This document shows positions 11,838 through 21,311 of a stretch of 32,000 nt of DNA, piece after piece. Under the pieces are notes generated by a model. It had not been told where the DNA came from. It did not search any database and saw only the letters and a list, made by a program, of their open reading frames with translations. The stretch is from Pasteurella multocida (lineage in GTDB: Bacteria; Pseudomonadota; Gammaproteobacteria; Enterobacterales; Pasteurellaceae), in contig NZ_LT906458.1 of NCBI RefSeq assembly GCF_900187275.1, forward strand, positions 2,190,001-2,222,000, in the 5' to 3' direction. A program made the position numbers and the translations under genes. Within the stretch, counting starts at the first letter, position 1; every line of letters starts with the position of its first letter.

Positions 11838-11844
11838 AAATAGA

Positions 11845-12426
11845 CTAACACATTTCTAAAAAGTGTTGCATGACGCGCAGATCTGTCGTCAGTTCTGGGT
11901 GAAAGGCACAAGCCAACAAATTTTGTTGTTTCGCGAGGACAACATGCCCCTGAAAAGTCGCTAGACATTGCACTTTTTCATGATTGATTTGAGCAATATG
12001 TGGTGCTCGGATAAAAACCGCAGGAAACGTTGTAGCAAAGCCTTCAATTTCAAGGGCGGTTTGAAAGCTATCCACTTGTCGCCCAAAGGCGTTGCGTTGC
12101 ACACAGATGTCCATTAAACCTAAATGCACCGTAGGATCATTTTCTAATTGCTTTGCGAGTAAAATCATGCCGGCACAGGTGCCGAAAATACCTTTACCTT
12201 GTTTGGCAACATCTTGAATTGCCTCAATAAACCCATATTGATGCATTAATCTGCCAATGGTCGTGCTTTCACCGCCCGGGAGCACTAAACCATCAAGTGC
12301 GGTCAACTCTGAGACAGTTTTGATTGCACTGGCGTTGGCACCAAGTTGTTCAATTTGGCGCAAATGTTCGCTTACTGCTCCCTGCAGAGCTAACACGCCA
12401 ATGTGTAAATGTGAATAGTCTTTCAT
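11845..12426 (-). CDS. pdxT: Pyridoxal 5'-phosphate synthase glutaminase subunit PdxT
   Basis: 193 aa; IGVLALQGAVSEHL, LPGGESTTIG, GTCAGMILLA, AFHPELTTD. Confidence 0.97.
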   Translation of the reverse strand: MKDYSHLHIGVLALQGAVSEHLRQIEQLGANASAIKTVSELTALDGLVLPGGESTTIGRLMHQYGFIEAIQDVAKQGKGIFGTCAGMILLAKQLENDPTVHLGLMDICVQRNAFGRQVDSFQTALEIEGFATTFPAVFIRAPHIAQINHEKVQCLATFQGHVVLAKQQNLLACAFHPELTTDLRVMQHFLEMC

Positions 12427-12428
12427 AC

Positions 12429-13316
12429 TTACCAGCCACGCTCTTGCATTCTTTCATGTTGTTGCAGGCGGGAAATCTCAATGCCTTTCATCGGTTCGCC
12501 TAATTCTCCCGATAAACGGGCGATCAAATCATAATCTTGATAATGAGTGGTCGCCTGTACAATGGCTTTGGCGAATTTTTCAGGATGTTCAGATTTAAAA
12601 ATTCCTGAACCAACAAAGACGCCATCAGCACCTAATTCCATCATCAAAGCCGCATCGGCTGGTGTTGCCACTCCACCTGCGGCAAAATTTACTACCGGTA
12701 ATTTACCTAATGCTTTGATTTGTAATAGTAATTCAAAGGGTGCGCTAAGATTTTTGGCCTCGGTCATGAGCTCATCATGGTTCATGGCGACGACTTTGCG
12801 GATTTGTGCATTGACTTTACGTATATGACGTACCGCTTCCACAATATTACCTGTGCCCGGTTCACCTTTGGTGCGCAACATTGAGGCACCTTCACCGATA
12901 CGGCGTAATGCTTCGCCTAAATCACGGCAACCACACACGAACGGCACAGTAAATTCACGTTTTAACAGATGAAATTCATCGTCAGCAGGAGTTAATACTT
13001 CGCTCTCGTCAATGTAATCGACACCCATTGCCTCTAACACGCGGGCTTCGGTGATATGCCCAATTCGAGCTTTCGCCATGACTGGAATTGATACCGCATT
13101 CATCACCTCTTTGACAATTTTCGGATTTGCCATGCGTGCGACACCGCCCGCCGCACGAATATCAGAAGGCACTCGCTCTAACGCCATGACAGCAACCGCA
13201 CCAGCCGCTTCGGCAATGCGTGCTTGTTCGGCATTCACCACATCCATAATCACACCGCCTTTTTGCATTTGTGCCATACCTCTTTTGACGGTATCAGAAC
13301 CTAAAATCGTATTCAT
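12429..13316 (-). CDS. pdxS: Pyridoxal 5'-phosphate synthase lyase subunit PdxS
   Basis: 295 aa; [52 protein letters not shown]. Confidence 0.98.
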   Translation of the reverse strand: MNTILGSDTVKRGMAQMQKGGVIMDVVNAEQARIAEAAGAVAVMALERVPSDIRAAGGVARMANPKIVKEVMNAVSIPVMAKARIGHITEARVLEAMGVDYIDESEVLTPADDEFHLLKREFTVPFVCGCRDLGEALRRIGEGASMLRTKGEPGTGNIVEAVRHIRKVNAQIRKVVAMNHDELMTEAKNLSAPFELLLQIKALGKLPVVNFAAGGVATPADAALMMELGADGVFVGSGIFKSEHPEKFAKAIVQATTHYQDYDLIARLSGELGEPMKGIEISRLQQHERMQERGW

Positions 13317-13426
13317 ATTTTGTCTCCTTTTATCATGTATTGTTGTGTATAAACTGCTGCTATTTTTGCGCTTATTTAGGTATGATTAAAAGTGTCAAAA
13401 AAGAGAAATTTAATGAGGTCAGAGTG

Positions 13427-14839
13427 ATGCGTAAATTGAATTATCAGCTTGATAAGGGGAAAAAAGAGCCCTTGTATTTACAACTTTATCAACAGCTCCG
13501 TGATTTAATTTATACACAGCAGCTTGCATTTGGAGAGCAATTACCTTCAAAAAGAGCCTTATGTGATTATTTGCAGATCAGTCAAAATACCGTGGAAGCT
13601 GCCTATGCGCAGCTACTCGCAGAAGGTTATATTGAATCCATTGCACGACGTGGTTTTTTTGTGTGCTTTCAACCTTCTTTGTTTTTTTCAGCACCAAAGC
13701 AAACACAACCCCATACTGTAGCACTTCGCCATAGTACGATAGCCTTTGACTTTAATCCCCACTATATTGATAGTAAACATTTTCCGTTAAAAAACTGGCG
13801 TAAGGCGGGTAAAGCGTTATTCCAAGCACGCCATTCAAGCTTATTAGGTCTTGGTGATAAACAAGGGGAAAGTCACCTTAGACAGCAGATTTGCGATTAC
13901 CTTTTTTCATCGCGCGGTGTGAAATGTCATATTGATCAAATTATCATTTGTGGTGGTTTGGAAAACGCGATTCAGCAACTGATGTTGTTGTTTACGCACC
14001 TTTATCAAACGCCTGTTGTGCACTATGGTATGGAATTTTATGGTTATCAGACTTTAGAAAAGCTATTAACATTAGCCCACCAGAAAGTGATCAAGTTGCC
14101 TCTGAATGCAGATGATCAACAGCTTGACCTTGATTTTTTAGCGCAAAGTTCAGTGAATATTGCGTGTGTAACGCCGTCGCATTTGTATCCCTTTGGTCAT
14201 GTGCTTTCTATTACACAACGTCAACAATTACTAGCTTGGGCAAAAGCACAGCCACAGCGTTACATTATTGAAGATGATTATGACAGTGAATTTCGTTACC
14301 AAGGTAAACCAATCCCTGCGTTACAGAGTTTAGATAAGAATGACAGTGTGATTTATCTAGGTTCTTTTTCGAAGTTATTGATGCCTTCTTTGCGGGTTTC
14401 GTTTATGGTACTGCCCACGTCATTACTGGCAGCATATCAACAACATTGTGGGTTTATTAATTGTGCGGTTTCTCGCTTTGAACAGCAGCGTTTGGCTTAT
14501 TTTATGCAGCAAGGTGAATTTGAAAAACACATTAATCGTATGCGTAAAATATATCGACGAAAAATGGCACTGCTGTGTAGTTTGCTTGCACCTTATGCAA
14601 CTCAAATAAGATACTATGGTGAACATTCGGGATTTTATTTACTGATTGAACTTATTGCGGAGTCAAGAAGTTTAGAGACCTTAACACAATTGGCTTATGA
14701 CAAGGGGGTTAAAGTGTATCCCGTAGATTGTGCGGCGCGTAGGTTATTTTCTTTAGGCTTTGGCGATTTAAGCGAAACACAATTAGTGGAAGGCGTCAGC
14801 TGTTTATTGAATGCGTGGTTTGCACAAGACGCTATTTGA
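13427..14839 (+). CDS. pdxR: PdxR-like transcriptional regulator (MocR/GntR family, aminotransferase-like domain), likely activator of pdxST
   Basis: N-terminal GntR wHTH (LYLQLYQQLRDLIYTQQLAFGEQLPSKRALCDYLQISQNTVEAAYAQLLAEGYIESIARRGFFV), PLP-dependent fold-type I domain (YIIEDDYDSEFRY), divergent from pdxST. The start at 13427 (MRKLNYQL) is preferred over the TTG at 13340. Confidence 0.85.
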   Translation: MRKLNYQLDKGKKEPLYLQLYQQLRDLIYTQQLAFGEQLPSKRALCDYLQISQNTVEAAYAQLLAEGYIESIARRGFFVCFQPSLFFSAPKQTQPHTVALRHSTIAFDFNPHYIDSKHFPLKNWRKAGKALFQARHSSLLGLGDKQGESHLRQQICDYLFSSRGVKCHIDQIIICGGLENAIQQLMLLFTHLYQTPVVHYGMEFYGYQTLEKLLTLAHQKVIKLPLNADDQQLDLDFLAQSSVNIACVTPSHLYPFGHVLSITQRQQLLAWAKAQPQRYIIEDDYDSEFRYQGKPIPALQSLDKNDSVIYLGSFSKLLMPSLRVSFMVLPTSLLAAYQQHCGFINCAVSRFEQQRLAYFMQQGEFEKHINRMRKIYRRKMALLCSLLAPYATQIRYYGEHSGFYLLIELIAESRSLETLTQLAYDKGVKVYPVDCAARRLFSLGFGDLSETQLVEGVSCLLNAWFAQDAI

Positions 14840-14852
14840 GTGAAATAGCGTC
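14828..14852. terminator. Hairpin at the 3' end of pdxR, facing mrcA
   Basis: Perfect 10-bp stem GACGCTATTT-GAGTG-AAATAGCGTC overlapping the pdxR stop codon. Confidence 0.7.
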
Positions 14853-14856
14853 TTAA

Positions 14857-14865
14857 AAGTGCGGT
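14857..14865 (+). repeat. DNA uptake signal sequence (Hin-type USS core)
   Basis: AAAAGTGCGGTCTGTTTT, intergenic pdxR/mrcA. Confidence 0.85.
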
Positions 14866-14870
14866 CTGTT

Positions 14871-17432
14871 TTAGAAAAGTTCTTCCCGTTCTTGGATTGG
14901 GGAATTTTCGTTTATCTCATCAGATGGGATGTAGTAGCCTTGTTCTTCTACATAACTCCGTTTAGGTTCTGTACCATTGATAAAATATTCCATTCGTCCA
15001 CCAGATTCCGTGAGTAAGCCAGAACCCGTATCAATGCGTTTTTCAATAATATTGGGTGGTGGACTCAATTTACGTTCTGGAATATTTTCTAAGCTTACTT
15101 GCATATAGGCTTGCCACGCAGGTAAAGCCGTTTTTGCCCCTGCTTCGCCGCGCCCTAAATTACGCTTATTGTCGTCGAAGCCAACATACACAGCGGTGGT
15201 TAAATGTGCGCCAAAGCCAGCGTACCAAGCAACTTTCGAATTATTCGTAGTACCGGTTTTTCCTCCGATATCTTGACGTTTAAAGGCTTTAGATAAGCGC
15301 CAGCTAGTCCCCACCCAGCTTTTACCCGGCTCGCCATAAATAGCGGAGGTTAAAGCACTGCGAACTAAAAAGGCCAATTCACCGCTAATCACGCGCGGTG
15401 CATATTGGGTTTCAGCATTATCTGTTTTAGCCGCAGCCATAAAGCTAAGATTATTTTCATCTAATTGTGTTTGTGCCGTTGGTTGAAGTTCTGGCAAGTC
15501 AGGGATCAAATCACCGACATCGTTTTCTTCTTCCCCATTGATATTGGTATCGAAATTCTCTGTTAAGCTTAAGTCGTAGTTTTTAAATGCATCCAGTTTT
15601 TCAGTTTCACCATAGAGCACAGGAATATCATGACAGCTAATACAGGCAATTTTCGGATTGGCTAAGAAAATCTCTTTGCCCGTATTGTCTAAAATACGAT
15701 TAATAATAAAGGGATCAACTAAGAAACCGCCATTGTCAAAGACCGCGTAGCCTCTTGCCATTTCAAGTGGAGTAAAAGAGGCCGCACCTAAGGCAAGAGC
15801 TTCACTGGCTAAGTATTGATCGCGTTTAAAACCAAAGCGTTGTAAGAATTCTGCTGTAAAATCAATGCCCGCCATTTGCATCGCACGAATCGCAATCATA
15901 TTTTTTGATAATCCTAAGCCAACCCGCAAGCGCATTGGTCCATCAAATCGATTTGGTGAGTTTTTTGGCTGCCAAGGTTTTTGTCCTGCTTTTTGTATGA
16001 CAAGAGGCGAGTCTTGTAAGACGCTTGAAAGTGTTAACCCTTTTTCTAATGCGGCCGCATAAATAAACGGTTTAATTGAAGAGCCCACTTGGACTAAAGA
16101 TTGTGTAGCACGGTTAAATTTGCTTTGTTCGAAACTAAATCCACCAACTAAGGCTTCAATTGCACCATTATCACTATTTAAGGATACCAAGGCAGAGTTG
16201 ACTTCCGGCACTTGAGCCAGAATCCATTCCCCTTTCTCTTTTTGACGAATCCAAATTTGTTCGCCTACTTTTGGTGTTTTTTTACCCGCCCAACGCATAG
16301 CATTGTGTGATAAGGTCATGCGTTCACCTGAGGCTAGAAGAAGTTCTGCTCCGGTTTTGCTGATATTCATGACGGCAGCCGGTAAGAGCGGTTCAGAATG
16401 TGGTAATTTTTTTAAGAAACCTATGATACGATCATTGTCCCACACCACTTCGTCTTTTTGCCAAAGTGGCGCACCGCCACGATAACCATGGCGCATATCG
16501 TAATCAATTAAGTTATTACGTAAGGCTTTTTGCGCTTCAGCCTGATCTTTCGAAAGCACCGTAGTATAAACTTTAAAACCGCTAGTGTAGGCTTTTTCTT
16601 CACCAAAACGTCTGACCATTTCTTGACGTGCCATTTCAGTGACATAGTCTGCACGGAAATCAATTTGTGCACCATGGTAGCGCGCGACGATAGGTTCTTT
16701 GATTGCCGCGTCATATTCTTCTTGTGTGATGTATTTAGTGGTTAACATCCGTCCTAAGACAATATTACGGCGTTCTTGCGCCCGTTTTAATGAATAAATC
16801 GGGTTCATTGTGGAAGGTGCTTTAGGTAAGCCAGCGATAATCGCAATTTCGGACAAGCTTAGTTGATCGAGCTCTTTGCCAAAATAGGTTTTGGCGGCAG
16901 CGGCAACGCCATAAGAACGATAGCCTAAATAAATTTTGTTCAGATAGAGTTCTAAAATCTCATTTTTACTTAGTGTATTTTCGATATCAATGGCTAAAAC
17001 GGCTTCTTTAGCTTTGCGTTCAAGCGATTTTTCAGGGGTTAAGAAAAAATTTCGTGCTAATTGTTGAGTAATTGTACTGGCGCCTTGTGAAACGCCTTTC
17101 TTCGTAACCGCGACCATAATGGCACGCGCAATGCCAATAGGATCGAGCCCATGATGTTCATAGAAACGGTTATCTTCTGTTGCTAAAACAGCATGAATCA
17201 GTTGTTTTGGAATTTTATCCAGTGGCACTGGAATCCGACGTTGTTCTCCCACTTCGCCAATCAGTTTGCCATCAGCCGTATAAATTTGCATTGGCTGTTG
17301 TAATTCGACTGTTTTTAGGCTTTCTACATCCGGTAAGTCCGCCTTTAAATAAACATAGATCGCACCTAGCGCGAGACAGCCTAGTACGATGAGCGTGAGC
17401 AGGGTACTGAGTATTAGTTTTGCGATCCGCAT
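14871..17432 (-). CDS. mrcA: Penicillin-binding protein 1A
   Basis: 853 aa; transglycosylase motifs (EDNRFYEHHGLDPIGIARA, GASTITQQLARNFFL) and transpeptidase motifs (SLKPF-like VGSSIKPFIYAAALEKG, KTGTTNN). Confidence 0.96.
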   Translation of the reverse strand: MRIAKLILSTLLTLIVLGCLALGAIYVYLKADLPDVESLKTVELQQPMQIYTADGKLIGEVGEQRRIPVPLDKIPKQLIHAVLATEDNRFYEHHGLDPIGIARAIMVAVTKKGVSQGASTITQQLARNFFLTPEKSLERKAKEAVLAIDIENTLSKNEILELYLNKIYLGYRSYGVAAAAKTYFGKELDQLSLSEIAIIAGLPKAPSTMNPIYSLKRAQERRNIVLGRMLTTKYITQEEYDAAIKEPIVARYHGAQIDFRADYVTEMARQEMVRRFGEEKAYTSGFKVYTTVLSKDQAEAQKALRNNLIDYDMRHGYRGGAPLWQKDEVVWDNDRIIGFLKKLPHSEPLLPAAVMNISKTGAELLLASGERMTLSHNAMRWAGKKTPKVGEQIWIRQKEKGEWILAQVPEVNSALVSLNSDNGAIEALVGGFSFEQSKFNRATQSLVQVGSSIKPFIYAAALEKGLTLSSVLQDSPLVIQKAGQKPWQPKNSPNRFDGPMRLRVGLGLSKNMIAIRAMQMAGIDFTAEFLQRFGFKRDQYLASEALALGAASFTPLEMARGYAVFDNGGFLVDPFIINRILDNTGKEIFLANPKIACISCHDIPVLYGETEKLDAFKNYDLSLTENFDTNINGEEENDVGDLIPDLPELQPTAQTQLDENNLSFMAAAKTDNAETQYAPRVISGELAFLVRSALTSAIYGEPGKSWVGTSWRLSKAFKRQDIGGKTGTTNNSKVAWYAGFGAHLTTAVYVGFDDNKRNLGRGEAGAKTALPAWQAYMQVSLENIPERKLSPPPNIIEKRIDTGSGLLTESGGRMEYFINGTEPKRSYVEEQGYYIPSDEINENSPIQEREELF

Positions 17433-17439
17433 CGGGAAA
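17418..17439. promoter_or_regulatory. CRP-S (Sxy/TfoX-dependent) competence regulatory site for comABCDE
   Basis: TTTTGCGATCCGCATCGGGAAA closely matches the Pasteurellaceae CRP-S pattern (TTTTGCGATC-YGN-ATCGMAAA), located upstream of comA; it overlaps the mrcA start codon at 17430-17432. Confidence 0.85.
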
Positions 17440-17567
17440 TTCTCTTTAGTTTAATGTTTGTTTATTCAAAACTCGAAAAAATTGTACACAGTATAAAGAC
17501 AACAAGACTAAATCCAAAGCTAAAAGTGCAGTAAAAATGTAAATACTCAGTAAAGAAGTACAGAAAA

Positions 17568-18341
17568 ATGATTAAATTATCATCAGGTTTTATTCAAATT
17601 GGTCTATGGCAAACACAAGAAAAACTCGAGTTGGTTTGGTTAGATGAGCAACGTCAACCGCACGTCTTATTTTGTGCGCTTCCTCACCTTTCCACGCTTG
17701 ATCAATGCGTTAGAGCGAATTTAGCTCAGCATAAACTTCAGCGACGAAAACACTATTTTGTAGCAGCGATCTCACCCCACCAGATTTGGAGCAAAACAAT
17801 TTTATTTCCTCATCCTCTCTCGGAAAGCGAATGTGAAGCACAATGTAGTTTATTGTTAACGCAAGAATTACCAATTACTTTATCTCAGCTATGGTTTGAT
17901 TATTGCGCAGAACAACGACAACAAGGCTTTAGACTCACAGTTTTTGCTTTGCAACGTAGTATCGCTGAACAGTATTTAGCCCCTTTATCTCATGTGGATG
18001 TCCGTGTGTTGGATAACGTTGTGTATGCCTTATTGCGTGCGTTTCAATTTCTATTACCAGATGCAAACTATTCAAAAACATTACTACTGTATCAAGATAC
18101 ACAAGGTTGTATCGCAATGCAAAAAAGAGAACATCAAGTCGTGTATATACAACAGGCGATGGCAGATTTGAATAGCACTTATACACAATTTTGCCAACGC
18201 TATCCGACAGAGATCGAGTCTGTAGTTGTGTATCAAACAGAAAGAATAAGCGCGCTACTTCCAACAGACTGGACGATGTTACAAACAGAAGTCCCTTTAA
18301 TCGCACTAGGGAATGCTTTATGGCATGGAAAAAGTGATTAA
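17568..18341 (+). CDS. comA: Competence protein ComA (PilM-like)
   Basis: Position and order (mrcA divergent, followed by comB-E) plus a PilM/HofM-like sequence (IKLSSGFIQIGLWQTQEKLELVWLDEQRQP). Confidence 0.88.
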   Translation: MIKLSSGFIQIGLWQTQEKLELVWLDEQRQPHVLFCALPHLSTLDQCVRANLAQHKLQRRKHYFVAAISPHQIWSKTILFPHPLSESECEAQCSLLLTQELPITLSQLWFDYCAEQRQQGFRLTVFALQRSIAEQYLAPLSHVDVRVLDNVVYALLRAFQFLLPDANYSKTLLLYQDTQGCIAMQKREHQVVYIQQAMADLNSTYTQFCQRYPTEIESVVVYQTERISALLPTDWTMLQTEVPLIALGNALWHGKSD

Positions 18342-18380
18342 TTCAGGTTGAGATTTATTACATGGAGTGAAAACAAACAC

Positions 18381-18896
18381 ATGAAACACACAATTAATTT
18401 GTTGCCTTGGCGAGAAAAAAGAACAAAACAGCGTATCAAGACAGCTAGCGCACAATTCGCAATACTCATTTTGTTGAGTAGTTTTGGTTATTTTTATTGT
18501 TTTGAGCAAACCGCGTTATTCAAGCAGCAGATTTCAATACAGCAAAACATCCAAGCACAAATGCATACTGAGCAACAGACAGTGAGTCAACAGATTCAAC
18601 GTTTAAAACAGCAGATTGTTTTATCTGATACGGTATGGTTAGCACCGACTGACTTTTTAGCTTTATTAGCCTGTTTATCAGTCCTCCCCTTAGGTAAAGG
18701 TGAATTGACTTACCTACATTTAGATAACGAGGTTTTGACCGTACGAGGGCAAGTTGAAAAACAGCAAGAGTTTGAGCAAGTACACCAATATTTCTTAGCA
18801 CAACCTCTTTTTACAAACGTGGTATTAGCGGAAATGAAGTCAGAATTAGAGCATATTGTTTTTGAAATAGTATTAACGATAAAAAAGGCGCAATGA
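18381..18896 (+). CDS. comB: Competence protein ComB (PilN-like)
   Basis: MKHTINLLPWREKRTKQRIK..., a classic PilN N-terminus; the stop codon overlaps the comC start. The track ORF has an 11-codon upstream extension. Confidence 0.88.
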   Translation: MKHTINLLPWREKRTKQRIKTASAQFAILILLSSFGYFYCFEQTALFKQQISIQQNIQAQMHTEQQTVSQQIQRLKQQIVLSDTVWLAPTDFLALLACLSVLPLGKGELTYLHLDNEVLTVRGQVEKQQEFEQVHQYFLAQPLFTNVVLAEMKSELEHIVFEIVLTIKKAQ

Positions 18897-19420
18897 TGTT
18901 GAGTAAAGTATTACAGGCAAAATTAGATCGTTGGTTTAGGTTTTCGCTTTTTCAACAAATAGGGTTATTTTTTGTGGTGTTCGGTCTATTGCTGATGTTT
19001 CCGCTTTCAAATTATTGGCAAGTACGACAAACGTTAAATCAATTCGTGTTAGAAGAGAAGGCGCAAAAGCAGGCATTGCAACATCAAAAACACATTTTAG
19101 CCAGTTTAGAGCGAAATAATCTGCGCCAGCTAATGCCCCTCGATGTTGCACATCGACTTACAGAAATTAATCAATTTCTTGAAGTCCAACTTGCTCATTT
19201 ACCTGAGCAAGCGACTCAATGGACATTTCAACCCTTTCCTCAGTTAGTGTTGCATTTTAAGAGTGATTTTGAACAATGTCAGGCTTTTTTCACGCAATTG
19301 TTAACACAATATCCACAATTATTCTTACTTTCATTACAAATCATGAAAAATGAAGAGGGTGAAGAAAGCACAATTCAAACTGAGGTTTCCTTTCAATTAC
19401 AGTTAAAACAGGATAGTTAA
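18893..19420 (+). CDS. comC: Competence protein ComC (PilO-like)
   Basis: Single N-terminal TM followed by coiled coil; 4-nt overlap with comB; operon position. Confidence 0.85.
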   Translation: MMLSKVLQAKLDRWFRFSLFQQIGLFFVVFGLLLMFPLSNYWQVRQTLNQFVLEEKAQKQALQHQKHILASLERNNLRQLMPLDVAHRLTEINQFLEVQLAHLPEQATQWTFQPFPQLVLHFKSDFEQCQAFFTQLLTQYPQLFLLSLQIMKNEEGEESTIQTEVSFQLQLKQDS

Positions 19421-19422
19421 CG

Positions 19423-19785
19423 ATGAACATCAAGATCATCTTTCTTTTATGTGGACTTAGCTTCACGGTCTGCGCTGATCCTTTTGATAAAAATAAAAGA
19501 GAGCAGCATGCGTCTAAGGCTTCAGTTTGTCATACCGTGGCGACGACAGTCTTTGCGCAATATCCTTTGTCGGCATTGAAGTTAATTGGTGTGTTACAAC
19601 AAAACAATGCATGGCAAGCCTTCTTTATGGATGATAAAGCCCAGATCGAAATGGTTACTGTAGGACAGTTTTTAACCGCCGAAGCCTTGAAAGTCAAACA
19701 GATAAGTCAATTTGGCGTTGAGTTATCTTATTGGAAGAATAAGCAAACTTGCACGGATGAAGGGATACTATCACTCAAATTTTAA
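19423..19785 (+). CDS. comD: Competence protein ComD (PilP-like)
   Basis: Signal peptide (MNIKIIFLLCGLSFTVCA) and PilP-like LSALKLIGVLQQNNAWQAFFMDDKAQIEMVTVGQFL. Confidence 0.85.
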   Translation: MNIKIIFLLCGLSFTVCADPFDKNKREQHASKASVCHTVATTVFAQYPLSALKLIGVLQQNNAWQAFFMDDKAQIEMVTVGQFLTAEALKVKQISQFGVELSYWKNKQTCTDEGILSLKF

Positions 19786-19794
19786 GGAAAGATT

Positions 19795-21129
19795 ATGTGG
19801 CGAGCATTCAGAAAAATATCTTTTGTGTACTTTTTATGTGGGGTTGCTTATGTTGGAAGTAGTCAAGCACAAGACGCAGAACATTTTTATTTACGTTTAA
19901 AACAAGCGCCTTTAGTCGAAATGTTACAGTATTTAGCATTGCAACAACATCAGGATTTGTTAATCGATGATCATTTAGAGGGCACATTATCATTACAGAT
20001 GAAAAAGACAACCTTTGAGAAATGTTTACAGTCGATTGCAAGAATGAAACAACTTGAGTTACATCAAGAAGGAAAATCCTATTATTTAACTTCCCCTTCA
20101 GGTGTTGCAGCAAACGATACTCATCATCCTACGTCATTGATGACATCTTCAATAAAATTGCATTTTGCCAAAGCTGCAGAGGTGGTGAAATCTTTAACTT
20201 CAGGGCAGGGAAGTTTACTTTCTGTCGGGGGGAGTTTGAGTTTTGATGAGCGGACTAATTTACTGCTGATTCAGGATGAACCGCAATCAATACAGCGTAT
20301 TAAAGCATTAGTAGCAGAAATGGATAAACCCATTGAACAAATTGCGATCGAAGCTAGGATTGTGACGATGACAGACGAAAGTTTGCAGGAACTTGGTGTA
20401 AGATGGGGGCTATTTCAAGCAACAGAACAGGCACATACTATTGCAGGGAGTTTAGCCGCGAACGGCTTTTCGAATATAGAAAACCAATTAAATGTGAATT
20501 TCTCGACCAATAGTGCACCTGTTGGTTCCATCGCCTTACAGTTGGCGAAAATAAATGGTCGATTATTAGACTTGGAATTAACTGCCTTGGAGCGAGAAAA
20601 GCATATTGAGATTATTGCGAGTCCTCGTTTATTAACAACGAATAAAAAAAGTGCCAGTATCAAACAAGGGACGGAAATTCCTTATGTGATGAAACGGGGA
20701 AAAGATAAAAGCGAATCGGTGGAATTTCGAGAAGCTGTATTGGGTTTAGATGTGACACCGCATATCTCAAAAGACAACTCGATTTTATTAGATTTATTGA
20801 TTACACAAAATACATTAGGTGCACCGGTAGTGTATGATAAAGGCGAAATTGTTTCGATCGATAAACAGGAAATCAATACTCAAGTCGTCGCTCAAGATGG
20901 TGAAACCATCGTTTTAGGTGGGGTGTTTCATGATACGATGACAAAGGGAGTCAATAAAGTACCACTACTAGGGGATTTGCCTTTGCTTAAACATGTGTTT
21001 AGCCAGAAAACTGAACGTCATCAAAAGCGGGAATTAGTGATTTTTGTCACTCCTCATATTATCAAACCTAGCCAAGGTTCGCCTGAACAAAAAACAACAA
21101 GAGTTAAAAAATCTGCAAAATCGAGGTGA
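19795..21129 (+). CDS. comE: Competence/type IV pilus secretin ComE (PilQ/HofQ-like)
   Basis: 444 aa secretin: EQIAIEARIVTMTDESLQELGVRWG, QGTEIPYVM, VVAQDGETIVLGGVFHDTMTKGVNKVPLLGDLPLLKHVF. Confidence 0.94.
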   Translation: MWRAFRKISFVYFLCGVAYVGSSQAQDAEHFYLRLKQAPLVEMLQYLALQQHQDLLIDDHLEGTLSLQMKKTTFEKCLQSIARMKQLELHQEGKSYYLTSPSGVAANDTHHPTSLMTSSIKLHFAKAAEVVKSLTSGQGSLLSVGGSLSFDERTNLLLIQDEPQSIQRIKALVAEMDKPIEQIAIEARIVTMTDESLQELGVRWGLFQATEQAHTIAGSLAANGFSNIENQLNVNFSTNSAPVGSIALQLAKINGRLLDLELTALEREKHIEIIASPRLLTTNKKSASIKQGTEIPYVMKRGKDKSESVEFREAVLGLDVTPHISKDNSILLDLLITQNTLGAPVVYDKGEIVSIDKQEINTQVVAQDGETIVLGGVFHDTMTKGVNKVPLLGDLPLLKHVFSQKTERHQKRELVIFVTPHIIKPSQGSPEQKTTRVKKSAKSR

Positions 21130-21311
21130 CTTTTGTTCACATTAAGTAAATATCAGAAATAAATAAGCATTGAGGTTGAAAAAGGGGGCAATTTATTGCG
21201 ATAATCTCAATTATTTTTTGGGTGATCTTTCTGCGGCCGATAAGGGTCGCTTCTCTATTTTGTAAAAGATCATAATTATCAATGTATTAATGAAAAGAAG
21301 AAAAATTAGAG

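Noticed and set aside
13340-13426. N-terminal extension of the pdxR ORF from a TTG start
   Set aside because: [23 protein letters not shown]... does not resemble GntR N-termini and would consume the divergent promoter region; the ATG at 13427 fits the family.
17524-17532. USS-like AAGTGCAGT upstream of comA
   Set aside because: One mismatch in the core (GCAGT instead of GCGGT); not counted as a functional uptake sequence.
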